A stretch of 64,000 nt of DNA from a virus (IMGVR_UViG_3300013121_000012:21427-85426); one strand, 5' to 3'; shown: positions 55,809 to 64,000, counted from the first letter of the stretch. The notes: generated by a model from the sequence alone, not told the origin. Program-made: numbers and translations.

Positions 55809-56144
55809 ATGAAAAATGCAGGATTACGAGAAGATTCGATTATTCGAGTTCTGAACGCAGAAGGAGAATTCATACGCCGAGGAACATACAATTGGGCTGA
55901 TAAAAACCCAACTGTAGAAAGCAACCATAATCTTCGTGGATTGAAACCAAATATCACTCAGAGATTCGGAGACTTTACCGATTACGAAGGCAAAATTACT
56001 CTTCGAGACAAAGATCATGCAAAAAGATTCGAGGAGTTTCTCAATGAAACAATTATTGAGTACGAACTCAAAGAAATCAATCGCATGACAATGAGGCAAT
56101 ATTTAGAACGGATGGGAAAACTTACTCGTCCTGGAGATGAATAA
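55809..56144 (+). CDS. hypothetical protein
   Basis: ORF. Confidence 0.3.
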   Translation: MKNAGLREDSIIRVLNAEGEFIRRGTYNWADKNPTVESNHNLRGLKPNITQRFGDFTDYEGKITLRDKDHAKRFEEFLNETIIEYELKEINRMTMRQYLERMGKLTRPGDE

Positions 56145-56155
56145 AGAGGGGAAAC

Positions 56156-56497
56156 ATGGAACAAACATTCGCAAATCAAGGCGTGACATTACTCGCGCAC
56201 AAACAAACGGATAAGTTCGTACGATTCGTCGTAGCTGATACTGAAGCTGGTCGGACAAAAACAGTGCGTGCAGTACGCAACGCTGGATACGATGTCGACA
56301 CTCTCAAGAAAGACGTACAAGTCTTTACGAAGTGGGACAAGTTTGAGAATGTTCGTGTGTTTACATTCTCCGCCGAGAAACTTTTCTGTGATACACACAA
56401 AGCTGCATCAAAGCAAGCAGGAATCTCAGGATCTGTTCCAATGCATTTGTCACTCCAAGAACTTGCGAAGATGCAAGCGTCTGGTGTACGGGTATGA
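56156..56497 (+). CDS. hypothetical protein
   Basis: RBS gagggg. Confidence 0.3.
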   Translation: MEQTFANQGVTLLAHKQTDKFVRFVVADTEAGRTKTVRAVRNAGYDVDTLKKDVQVFTKWDKFENVRVFTFSAEKLFCDTHKAASKQAGISGSVPMHLSLQELAKMQASGVRV

Positions 56498-57117
56498 CAA
56501 AAGCACAAAGAGAATTCGATCTCATTTGGCAAGTCCGATACTTGCTACTCGGTAAATTCGCTGAGCTATTTCGGCTCCGCGATGAAGCACTAGAGATTAG
56601 CCCGATGATTGATTATTCGGTCATCGCCGACAAACTTAACGAGTACATGAAAAATCGTGTACAAGAGCTCAAAGACATCGTCAAAAAACACGAGCTCATG
56701 AAGTACTATGATATTTCTCCGTACGTGATCCCGACATTCAACTATCTCAATCGAAAGATCGAGAGAAAGGAATTCAACTTCATAAATGATCCGAAGATCA
56801 AAGGTCGTTTGATTCATGTTGGTGGAAGTCACGCTTGTCTCTATGACGAATATTACTGCAAAGACTGTGAGACGTTCGTCGTAACACGAGATGATACTGA
56901 CGATTGCATGATTCTTCCAGTGTGTCCAACATGTAACAATATCCAAAACTACATTTGGAAAACAGTACGAGACGACGGAACAATGGCATATATCCACTAC
57001 CGAAACAGAACTCTTAAGTGGTATCGTATGCACAAGCGTGATTTGAAAATCCAAAAGTTCTTGGGTCGCTTTACGCCGAAGAAGATAACTGAGCGAATCA
57101 GTTATTGGGGCGCATAA
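56494..57117 (+). CDS. hypothetical protein with CxxC...CxxC zinc motif
   Basis: CKDCETF...CPTCNN. Confidence 0.3.
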   Translation: MTKAQREFDLIWQVRYLLLGKFAELFRLRDEALEISPMIDYSVIADKLNEYMKNRVQELKDIVKKHELMKYYDISPYVIPTFNYLNRKIERKEFNFINDPKIKGRLIHVGGSHACLYDEYYCKDCETFVVTRDDTDDCMILPVCPTCNNIQNYIWKTVRDDGTMAYIHYRNRTLKWYRMHKRDLKIQKFLGRFTPKKITERISYWGA

Positions 57118-57214
57118 ATAAAACCGTCTTGAGTTGATTCTACATACAATAGAATATAGCAACTCCAAATGTCCTTATAAATAAAGGAAAATTAAAAACA
57201 ATTACGGAGACAAA

Positions 57215-57409
57215 ATGGCACAACCACAAACAATCACATTGAAGCAAGGTCAGATCAACAAGATCGTTAAACTCGCATCAGGGACATCGAAGAAAGCAGG
57301 TCTTTCAGCTCGAACAATCTCTGAAGAAACAGGTTTCCCTCGCCGTCAAGTAATGGCAGTTCTCGAAGACAACAACCTCGCTTCGTACTCAGCCGGTTCT
57401 TACAACTAA
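57215..57409 (+). CDS. hypothetical small protein
   Basis: RBS acggaga. Confidence 0.3.
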   Translation: MAQPQTITLKQGQINKIVKLASGTSKKAGLSARTISEETGFPRRQVMAVLEDNNLASYSAGSYN

Positions 57410-57494
57410 GTAAGACACCCACTCTCCCCGTGTAATCAGGAGAATGGACCGGCGAAGATAATCGCGGATAGCCGGTTCCAATGCAATACTACTA

Positions 57495-57620
57495 TGAAAA
57501 TAAAAAATGCAATTCTTAAAGCGACTCAGATAACAATCGCAATTGCTTTCTTTATATATGTTATCGTCGTCGTTATGACACTCGGTTTTATGGCCGCAAG
57601 TCTCGGAGGACTCAAGTGAG
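57495..57620 (+). CDS. small membrane peptide (41 aa)
   Basis: ORF below the track threshold; a single TM segment. Confidence 0.25.
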
Positions 57621-57870
57621 TAAAGATCTTGTTGAATACAACGTCCTCGCAAAAGGATTCATCGACAAACTCGAAGAGCTTCAAAAAGAAAAAGATCTTG
57701 AAACTCTTAAGAAAAAGATTATCGCAATACTTCAAAGCGAAGAATACTCTGGTGCGAATGGCACTCGAAAGAAGTGGATAGAAAAGGTTGGTGCAATGAG
57801 CACAATGCGAGATGTCCAGTTCTTTCTTTACAATTTCATTCTCGCAGCAAATGGAATGAAAGCGACATGA
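57616..57870 (+). CDS. hypothetical protein
   Basis: ORF. Confidence 0.3.
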   Translation: MSKDLVEYNVLAKGFIDKLEELQKEKDLETLKKKIIAILQSEEYSGANGTRKKWIEKVGAMSTMRDVQFFLYNFILAANGMKAT

Positions 57871-58418
57871 ATCATTTTCAGCTCAGATTAAAATTCGGAG
57901 AAGAAGCAGAAAATCTGTTTGAAGAAGTACTGAAACTTCAGATTCTTCCGAATAAAGGATATGAGCGCTTTACATTTCAAAGTCTCCGTGATAAACACGG
58001 ATGGAATTCAGTAGAATGTCAGAAATTCACAAAGGTGAATGGAGACTTTAAAGTCATCGGTCAAGATGACGAAGAGTTGTTCTTTGACGTCAAAGGTACA
58101 GAGAAACTTTCTCTTGATTCTCTTGAATTCGCAAGAGAAGATCTTATATTCGCGATGAACTTTCATTTGAGAAGAGAACACTGTTTCTTCTTCAGAAAAA
58201 GTGATGTCGCTAACAAAATCAAGAATGTCTGTAAGAAAGTCAAACTTCCAAGTGGAGACGATGGATTTTCAATATGGGCGGCACAAGATTTTCCTCAAGA
58301 AAGGCTATACACTGAACTGCCAAGAAAGATTCTATCGCTGAAGAAAAAACTTCGCAAGAAAGCTGCTGAAGAATTTTCAGATAAATTTTTCGGGAATGTT
58401 CTAACTCCAGAAATATAA
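57867..58418 (+). CDS. hypothetical protein
   Basis: Start trimmed. Confidence 0.3.
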   Translation: MNHFQLRLKFGEEAENLFEEVLKLQILPNKGYERFTFQSLRDKHGWNSVECQKFTKVNGDFKVIGQDDEELFFDVKGTEKLSLDSLEFAREDLIFAMNFHLRREHCFFFRKSDVANKIKNVCKKVKLPSGDDGFSIWAAQDFPQERLYTELPRKILSLKKKLRKKAAEEFSDKFFGNVLTPEI

Positions 58419-58743
58419 TAGCAACATGGAGCAGATGATTAATACTTTCAGTTTTAATTATTGTGCAGCTCGTCATTCGCAGACGGGTAAACCTGAGATT
58501 CGCTAATCTCAAAGGGTTTCCATACTTCATCCCAAAGCACTCTTTAAAAAATATGGACCAGAGCCCCTAGAGAGGGAAGCTCTCGAGTCAGAGAACTCGT
58601 TCGGTATCGTTTCAAGTCATACGGGAAACCTTATTACTTGGGGCGAAGGCGCGAAAGAGAAGGATCTTTGAGGAGATCAGAAGTAAAACGAGGCGTCGCA
58701 ACACGCCTATCTGAGTCGAAACTTTGACAACGTTACTTTACTT

Positions 58744-58814
58744 AGGCGATTAGTTCAATGGTAGAACGGCAGACCGATAATCTGCTAACGTGGGTTCGAT
58801 TCCCTCATTGCCTA
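58744..58814 (+). tRNA. tRNA, probable Ile (GAU)
   Basis: D-arm gttc/gaac, anticodon arm gcaga-ccGAUaa-tctgc, T-loop TTCGATT with an imperfect stem. Confidence 0.4.
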
Positions 58815-58870
58815 CATAAGTGGATCATGATTATTTTGCGCAAAGATAGTCAGATCCACAAATATACATT

Positions 58871-59407
58871 ATGAAAGAAATCATAATGGAAGATTCTTAT
58901 GGGAAAAAAAGAGCCCATGTAGAAGTTAACTGCAAAAATTGTGATAAGCAATTTTTTAGAGTTAAAAGAAAAGTGATTGAAAAAAACTTCTGTTGTAGAT
59001 TGTGTTCGGAAGAACACAAAAAGAATTCAGATATTTTTGAAACGCAGTGCGCTTTCTGTAAAAGTTCAATCAAAAGAAAGAACAGCAGAAAAAGAAATAG
59101 TAAGTCTGGTCTGTATTTTTGCTCTAGAGACTGTAAAGATAACGCACAACGTTATCATAACTCTCTAAGAATAAAAGAATTCGAATCTATAATGCCAAAC
59201 CATTATGGAACAGGAGAATATAGATACAGAAAGAAAGCGTTCGATAACGCAAAGGTTATCAAGTGTAATTTTTGTGATTACTCGAATGAGAAAATTCTTC
59301 AAGTTCATCACATCGATGAGGACAGAGAAAATAATGAATTGTCAAATTTAATGATCGTTTGTCCAACTCATCATTGCGAAATACACTATGGAGAATTAAA
59401 AATTTAG
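58871..59407 (+). CDS. HNH homing endonuclease
   Basis: Cys-rich N-terminus; C-terminal ILQVHHIDEDRENNELSNLMIVCPTHHCEIH. Confidence 0.65.
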   Translation: MKEIIMEDSYGKKRAHVEVNCKNCDKQFFRVKRKVIEKNFCCRLCSEEHKKNSDIFETQCAFCKSSIKRKNSRKRNSKSGLYFCSRDCKDNAQRYHNSLRIKEFESIMPNHYGTGEYRYRKKAFDNAKVIKCNFCDYSNEKILQVHHIDEDRENNELSNLMIVCPTHHCEIHYGELKI

Positions 59408-59575
59408 GGCCTTGGGACTGCTGGAGGTGGTCGTCTCGCTTGCACCGAGAATAACAGGTCGGTTTGAACCCGACAAGGTCCACATGAACAAACAACAACC
59501 GCAAACCCTCCGGTAGTAGATGCATCGAATAGATGGAATGCTTTCGATGATAAACTCTGTTGTTTGTTCACTTAT

Positions 59576-59647
59576 TGCCTCGTAGCCAAGTGGTAAGGCA
59601 GGTGACTGTTAATCATCGTATCGTAGGTTCGATCCCTACCGAGGCAG
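59576..59647 (+). tRNA. tRNA-Asn (GUU)
   Basis: Anticodon arm ggtga-cuGUUaa-tcatc, T-arm gtagg-TTCGATC-cctac. Confidence 0.55.
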
Positions 59648-59666
59648 CAGTATAATAAGGAGAAAA

Positions 59667-59858
59667 ATGATAGTAGTATACATCATTCTAGGTCTAAGTT
59701 TATTGGGTTTGATTTTAGAACGAATCGAATATCATAGACTTCCTCCTAAAAGACAAAAAGCATACGACAGAGCTTTGGCTTATCGAATGAAAAAAGAAGA
59801 AGAAAAAAGAGAAAGCGATAAAAAAATCGACGAACTCAATAGTGGTTTTCTTCTCTAA
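59667..59858 (+). CDS. small membrane protein
   Basis: RBS aaggagaaaaATG; N-terminal TM segment. Confidence 0.3.
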   Translation: MIVVYIILGLSLLGLILERIEYHRLPPKRQKAYDRALAYRMKKEEEKRESDKKIDELNSGFLL

Positions 59859-59863
59859 TAAAT

Positions 59864-59955
59864 TCCGCGGTACACTAATTGGTAAGTGACCTCACTGTTA
59901 ATGAGACGTAAATCCCTTCGGGGAATATATAGAGGTTCGAGCCCTCTCTGCGGAG
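59864..59955 (+). tRNA. class-II-sized tRNA with Asn-type anticodon loop cuGUUaa and a 24-nt extra arm capped by UUCG
   Basis: Acceptor tccgcgg/ctgcgga, D-arm cact/agtg, T-arm agagg-TTCGAGC-cctct, extra arm atccc-ttcg-gggaat. Confidence 0.4.
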
Positions 59956-59958
59956 CAA

Positions 59959-60516
59959 ATGATTCACTTTACAAGTGATACTCATTATTTCCACAGTAAA
60001 ATAATCGAGTATTGTAATCGACCGTTCAAATCCGTCGAGGAAATGAACAAAACCATGGTTGACAACTACAACTCAGTTGTCAAACCAGAGGATACTGTTT
60101 ATCATTTAGGAGATTTTGCATTCGCGAATGAATCGCGGATAAAGCAAATTTTCTATCAGTTAAACGGTAAGAAAATACTGATCTTTGGAAATCACGATGT
60201 TGATCCAAAGTATAGTGGTAAGAAAGCATATTCGCAGCTTTTTGACGAAGTGCATGATTACCTCGAGTTGAAAATCAATGGAGAAAGGATTGTAATGTTT
60301 CACTTTCCTATTGATTCATGGAACAAAAGACATCGCTCTGCGATTCACTTGCATGGACACACGCATGGAACGCATCAAGAGAAAAACAAACTTGTTCCAA
60401 ACAGATTTGATGTTGGCGTTGATTGCTGGGATTTCAAACCAGTTTCTCTCAACAAAATTCTGTCAATGAAACAGGAAGTCACTATTCATGATAGGTATCA
60501 AACACCTGTCGTGTAA
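59959..60516 (+). CDS. calcineurin-like metallophosphoesterase
   Basis: SDTHYFH, GDFAF, GNHD and GHTHG motifs. Confidence 0.55.
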   Translation: MIHFTSDTHYFHSKIIEYCNRPFKSVEEMNKTMVDNYNSVVKPEDTVYHLGDFAFANESRIKQIFYQLNGKKILIFGNHDVDPKYSGKKAYSQLFDEVHDYLELKINGERIVMFHFPIDSWNKRHRSAIHLHGHTHGTHQEKNKLVPNRFDVGVDCWDFKPVSLNKILSMKQEVTIHDRYQTPVV

Positions 60517-60526
60517 GCGACACATT

Positions 60527-60599
60527 GGCTTGTTAGCAACTGTGGTCAATGCGCTCCCCTGAAGAGGGAGACAACTCGGTTCGATTCCGAGACAAGCCA
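60527..60599 (+). tRNA. tRNA-Phe (GAA)
   Basis: Acceptor ggcttgt/acaagcc, anticodon arm ctccc-cuGAAga-gggag, T-arm ctcgg-TTCGATT-ccgag. Confidence 0.65.
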
Positions 60600-60653
60600 C
60601 AATCATACTGTTAATGCGAATGCTTTTTAAGCGTACGCTATAATATAATAGAT

Positions 60654-61118
60654 ATGAACAAAAGAAAATGGACCGATGAAGAATTTTTGGAAGCTGTAAA
60701 AACTTCCATCAGCAAATCGGACGTTCTGAAAAAACTAGGACTCACGTTGAGACCAGGAAATTTTAGAACATTTGAAAAATATGTTAAACTTTTGAATGCA
60801 GACATTTCTCATTTCAAAGGAAAAGCACACGGAACAACTAAAATCGTGAAATACACGATTGAAGAATTGTTGGTAGAAAATTCTACGAACTATAATTCTT
60901 CGACCATAAAAAGAAGGTTGTTAAGTGAAGGCATTATCAAACATGTCTGCGATATTTGTGATTTAAAAGAATGGAATGGAAAACCACTAATAATGGTTCT
61001 CGATCACATCAATGGAATTCACACAGATTACAGAAGAGAAAATTTGAGAATGCTTTGTCCAAATTGCAATAGTCAACAAGAGACTTTTTGCAGAAAGACA
61101 AAAATTAACAGGCATTAG
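60654..61118 (+). CDS. HNH homing endonuclease
   Basis: ICDICDLKEWNGKPLIMVLDHINGIHTDYRRENLRMLCPNCN: a paralog of the 62520 ORF. Confidence 0.65.
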   Translation: MNKRKWTDEEFLEAVKTSISKSDVLKKLGLTLRPGNFRTFEKYVKLLNADISHFKGKAHGTTKIVKYTIEELLVENSTNYNSSTIKRRLLSEGIIKHVCDICDLKEWNGKPLIMVLDHINGIHTDYRRENLRMLCPNCNSQQETFCRKTKINRH

Positions 61119-61179
61119 TGAACTGGTATCATACGGAGCTTGGTCCTCTGAGAAGTGGGTTCGATTCCCACGTGCCTGA
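61109..61179 (+). tRNA. tRNA, probable anticodon UGG (Pro-type), atypical loop
   Basis: Acceptor caggcat/gtgcctg, T-arm gtggg-TTCGATT-cccac. It overlaps the 3' end of the HNH ORF. Confidence 0.4.
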
Positions 61180-61186
61180 CAAATAA

Positions 61187-61258
61187 CCGCGTGTAGCGCA
61201 GCGGAAGCGCACTCCGTTTGGGGCGGAGGGGTCGAAGGTTCGAATCCTTCTACGCGGA
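61187..61258 (+). tRNA. tRNA-Pro (UGG)
   Basis: D-arm gcgc/gcgc, anticodon arm ctccg-uuUGGgg-cggag, T-arm gaagg-TTCGAAT-ccttc. Confidence 0.6.
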
Positions 61259-61279
61259 CATTGAGGAGAAAAATATATT

Positions 61280-61444
61280 ATGTGCATTTGTGTGTGCAAA
61301 CATGTTTCTCACAATACAATATCTAAGCTTATCGAAGAAAAGAAAAGCAAAGATGAAATTATAAAATGTACAGGCGCAACAACAATGTGCGGTACATGTA
61401 AAAGAGCTTTTGACTCTTTTTACGAAAACAGGACTTTAGTCTAA
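61280..61444 (+). CDS. small BFD-like [2Fe-2S]-binding domain protein (54 aa)
   Basis: MCICVCKHVSHNTI...CTGATTMCGTCK (C-x-C ... C-x2-C); RBS gaggag. Its 3' end overlaps the start of tRNA-Trp. Confidence 0.4.
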   Translation: MCICVCKHVSHNTISKLIEEKKSKDEIIKCTGATTMCGTCKRAFDSFYENRTLV

Positions 61445-61499
61445 TGGTAGAATTCTTGGCTCCAAACCAAGAGGCGTGGGTTCGATTCCTACAAGTCCT
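61430..61499 (+). tRNA. tRNA-Trp (CCA)
   Basis: Anticodon arm cttgg-cuCCAaa-ccaag, T-arm gtggg-TTCGATT-cctac. Confidence 0.6.
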
Positions 61500-61681
61500 G
61501 CATTTGGTTAGCTCATTGAGGTTTGCAAAATAAAAGAATCGTCCTCAATCTTGCTCGAGTCAAGTCCTGACGAAAAATGTATACAAAAGTAAGTCAGTCC
61601 ACGAGAGTAGCAAACTAACCGAAGAAAATTCGAGAACGGTTGCCAACGGATAATCTCCAACTGGTCAGAGTTCTCGAAAAT

Positions 61682-61755
61682 GCGGGTATGGTGTTTCAAT
61701 GGTAGCATCGCGGTCTTCCAAACCGAAGGTGTCGGTTCGATCCCGACTACCCGCT
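61682..61755 (+). tRNA. tRNA-Gly (UCC)
   Basis: Acceptor gcgggta/tacccgc, anticodon loop cuUCCaa, T-arm gtcgg-TTCGATC-ccgac. Confidence 0.6.
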
Positions 61756-62005
61756 CATGAGATAAGTGCTCCCTCGGGGAGAATACTGCTCAAACAGTTT
61801 TTGTGGTTTCTTAAGAAAAAACCATTTAACTCTCTATAGATTAAAGTAGTGATGAAGCGGTACCAGTTGTAGTCATGAATAAATCACTCCCCTTAAGGAG
61901 AGATGCGGTGCAAGTCCGACATGAGGGACCAACGGGACACAGCGTAAGATGCGCAACGGCAGTTGGTGCCGGAGGTTTTGGTGAAAATCCAAATGACCCG
62001 ACCAA

Positions 62006-62095
62006 GCGGGAGAGGCTACTATTGGTTCTGTGGCGTTCGTCTGTAAAACGAAACCCTCCGGGTAAAGATTGTGTGTTCGATTCACACCTTCCGCA
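62006..62095 (+). tRNA. tRNA-Tyr (GUA), class II
   Basis: Acceptor gcgggag/cttccgc, anticodon arm ttcgt-cuGUAaa-acgaa, a long variable arm, T-arm gtgtg-TTCGATT-cacac. Confidence 0.6.
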
Positions 62096-62392
62096 CAGTG
62101 ATATTTAAGATTCTCTAATCGCGAAGAAATGCGGAGAACGCCGAGAATGTACGAAATATCAGACCGAATTTAACCTTTTGACTGGTCGCCTTTCGCAGGT
62201 TTCATCGTTAAAGAAAAGGCATCGAAGAGAATGGAGTAATTAACCATTGCTCTTCAATGGAGTGGTCGTCTGCGGCCTAACAGTTCGTCTTGAAAACGAA
62301 TACGGTACCAATGTGTACGGGGATCGACACCTCACCACTCCGCAGCTCATGTGCCAAGTGTACAAGGAGCATAGAATTCGTTAGCAATGACG

Positions 62393-62463
62393 AATTCCGA
62401 ATGTCGCGTTCGTCTAATGGTAGGACATTGGGTTTTCAGTCCAAGAATCTCGGTTCAAACCCG
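62393..62463 (+). tRNA. tRNA-Glu (UUC)
   Basis: D-arm gtct/ggac, anticodon arm ttggg-uuUUCag-tccaa, T-loop TTCAAAC. Confidence 0.5.
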
Positions 62464-62519
62464 TGACGCGATGCCAGCAATAATAAATGCAATTCGGTTC
62501 GATTCGGAATATAATATGA

Positions 62520-63062
62520 ATGGAACAGTTTGTTAAATGTCTAAAAGATGATTGTGAAAACACTCTGACTTTAGAGAAAGTTAAGCGCGGAACAAAATTT
62601 TGTTCTCGATCTTGTGGAATTTCACATGGAAATACCATTAGACAAAAAGCTCCCACGATTGTTCACTGTGATAGTTGTGGAAATAAAATTGAAGGGCCGA
62701 ATTTTTGGCTCAACGGAAAGCTTAAATTCAAAAACAAATTCTGTAATGATACTTGCAGAAGAGATTTTGATAATAAGAAAAAGATTTCTTTGGTCGAATC
62801 TGGAAAAGCAACCGATAACGACAGAAGAGTTTTGAAAGAATACTTGGAAAACAAAGAAGGACACAAATGCAAAATTTGTGGAATTACTGATTGGTTAGGA
62901 AAACCTTTGATAATGATCTTAGATCATATTGATGGTCATTCTGAAAACAATGAACTGTCTAATTTAAGACTAGTTTGTTCGAATTGTGATTCGCAACTCG
63001 ATACATATAAAGCTAGAAATAAAGGAAACGGAAGAAAGAATAGAAAAGCTCTGCAAGCATAA
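62520..63062 (+). CDS. HNH homing endonuclease
   Basis: ICGITDWLGKPLIMILDHIDGHSENNELSNLRLVCSNCD; Cys-rich N-terminus. Confidence 0.65.
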   Translation: MEQFVKCLKDDCENTLTLEKVKRGTKFCSRSCGISHGNTIRQKAPTIVHCDSCGNKIEGPNFWLNGKLKFKNKFCNDTCRRDFDNKKKISLVESGKATDNDRRVLKEYLENKEGHKCKICGITDWLGKPLIMILDHIDGHSENNELSNLRLVCSNCDSQLDTYKARNKGNGRKNRKALQA

Positions 63063-63119
63063 ATGGCGATGCACCGGTCTTGTAAATCGGGGAACGGGAT
63101 TCGATTTCTCGGCGGAGCA
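63048..63119 (+). tRNA. tRNA-Thr (UGU)
   Basis: Acceptor gctctgc/gcggagc, D-arm gcat/atgc, anticodon arm ccggt-cuUGUaa-atcgg, T-arm cggga-TTCGATT-tctcg. It overlaps the last codons of the HNH ORF. Confidence 0.55.
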
Positions 63120-63124
63120 CAATG

Positions 63125-63238
63125 AAGGGTGAGTTGGTCGTGGAACAGCATGCAGCCCCAATGAGGATCGTTACCTCAATCGAGTCGGAAGACAAGATGA
63201 TTTGGTCTGGAAGGTAGGTTCGATTCCTACCGCTCTTC
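63125..63238 (+). tRNA. unresolved tRNA-like element (canonical T-arm and acceptor 3' strand; 5' partner only found 114 nt upstream)
   Basis: gtagg-TTCGATT-cctac + cgctctt. The candidate 5' strand aagggtg is at 63125. Confidence 0.2.
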
Positions 63239-63249
63239 ACAGGAATAAT

Positions 63250-63483
63250 ATGAAAGAATTGGTTAAAACAAATAAGGTTCACGTACTTGATACTGAAAGA
63301 TCTTTCTGGGAAGACTTTATTCCAGTAGATTTACCTTATACGTTTATAGGCCGGAAAACGTTCGATAAAAAATCTCTTAAGGAAACAAAAGAGATATTTG
63401 AAAAACTGGCGGAACATTGCAAAGAAAACAATGTCGCGGTAATTATATGTGACTCGCTTAATGGCGGCACAAGAGGAATATGA
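63250..63483 (+). CDS. hypothetical protein
   Basis: Start trimmed to avoid the tRNA-like element. Confidence 0.3.
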   Translation: MKELVKTNKVHVLDTERSFWEDFIPVDLPYTFIGRKTFDKKSLKETKEIFEKLAEHCKENNVAVIICDSLNGGTRGI

Positions 63484-63818
63484 AAGTCAACAAAGAATTG
63501 TTTGCTCATAAAAGAGAAATGAAACGCAGACAAAAAGATTTGATTGAGAAATGGATGAATACAAGAGTAGAAGATACTCCAATCCATAATGATCAAGCAA
63601 GAAGAACTGCGATTGCTTTAGAGCAGCAATTCAAAAAGAATTTCAATCTCGTAGGAGAGGATAAATTGGAATTCATAACGGATGAGACAGAAAGAGCTAA
63701 AAGATTCCGTTCGATATTTTACACGGCCACAGGCCGAAAACTAGAAACAAAATTTAAAAGGAGAACAAAGCTAAATGAAGAAAACTTTCGCGAAGAGCAA
63801 AAACCACAAAACATCTAG
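63480..63818 (+). CDS. hypothetical basic protein
   Basis: ORF. Confidence 0.3.
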   Translation: MKVNKELFAHKREMKRRQKDLIEKWMNTRVEDTPIHNDQARRTAIALEQQFKKNFNLVGEDKLEFITDETERAKRFRSIFYTATGRKLETKFKRRTKLNEENFREEQKPQNI

Positions 63819-63891
63819 GATCGTACCAAAATTTAGCATTGGGTCTGACTTTTAATCAGAATAAAAGTGAGTGCAATTCTCACCGGTCCTA
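63817..63891 (+). tRNA. tRNA-Lys (UUU), divergent copy (T-loop TGCAATT)
   Basis: Acceptor aggatcg/cggtcct, D-arm ccaa/ttgg, anticodon arm tctga-cuUUUaa-tcaga. Confidence 0.45.
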
Positions 63892-63898
63892 CAATAAT

Positions 63899-63971
63899 GG
63901 GATCGTGGCGCAATAGGTAGCGCAAGGGGCTTTTAACCTCGAGGTTGTGAGTTCGATTCTCACCGGTCCCA
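63899..63971 (+). tRNA. tRNA-Lys (UUU)
   Basis: Acceptor gggatcg/cggtccc, D-arm gcgc/gcgc, loop cuUUUaa, T-arm gtgag-TTCGATT-ctcac. Confidence 0.6.
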
Positions 63972-64000
63972 CAAAGTATAATCGGTTCGTATGATAATTG

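Noticed and set aside
61873-62108. Track ORFs 61873..62085(-) and 61875..62108(+).
   Set aside because: They lie on top of tRNA-Tyr and an unstructured spacer; there is no RBS and they overlap each other, so they are spurious.
1-64000. CRISPR arrays or integrated prophage att sites.
   Set aside because: No regularly spaced direct repeats with unique spacers were seen. The only tRNA 3'-end duplication (63867..63891 versus 63947..63971) is explained by two complete tandem tRNA-Lys genes rather than an att site.

Overview
The window reads as a dense, low-GC, single-strand-biased phage genome segment with the standard genetic code. The evidence for a tailed myovirus is an 1182-aa tail sheath protein and a Rad50/Mre11 (gp46/gp47-like) pair on the minus strand. 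Several genes point to a Firmicutes-type lineage: a thymidylate synthase carrying the Lactobacillus casei-type insert, DHFR, and an M23 peptidase. Scattered GIY-YIG and HNH homing endonucleases are present throughout. The most notable content concerns RNA and the translation apparatus. (1) A Ro60/TROVE-vWA ortholog (50556..52037) sits between its own promoter and terminator, flanked by noncoding RNAs. One of these has the hallmarks of a bacterial Y RNA (YrlA-like): a long terminal helix plus a tRNA-like D/T module. (2) There is a complete tRNA end-healing and sealing toolkit: an Rnl1-type RNA ligase; a T4 Pnk-like kinase/phosphatase whose gene is split by an HNH endonuclease ORF; a Thg1-like 3'-5' nucleotidyltransferase; two to three further KxDG/KxHG ligase-family proteins; an ATP-dependent DNA ligase; and a DHH/DHHA1 phosphoesterase. 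(3) Two tRNA arrays hold about 25 tRNA or tRNA-like genes. They include four tandem class-I-sized tRNAs that all carry leucine anticodons, a class-II-sized tRNA with an Asn (GUU) anticodon and a UUCG-capped extra arm, degenerate tRNA-like relics flanking an HNH gene, and tandem tRNA-Lys copies. (4) A tmRNA (ssrA-like, about 400 nt) has a G3·U70 acceptor pair and a tag ORF ending ...VVAALAA. (5) A tubulin/FtsZ-like GTPase (PhuZ/TubZ-like) is present. (6) A recurring promoter, CCATTTACAA-N17-TATAAT, occurs at least five times. Everything here is inferred from motifs read by eye; I could run no database searches or RNA-folding computations.
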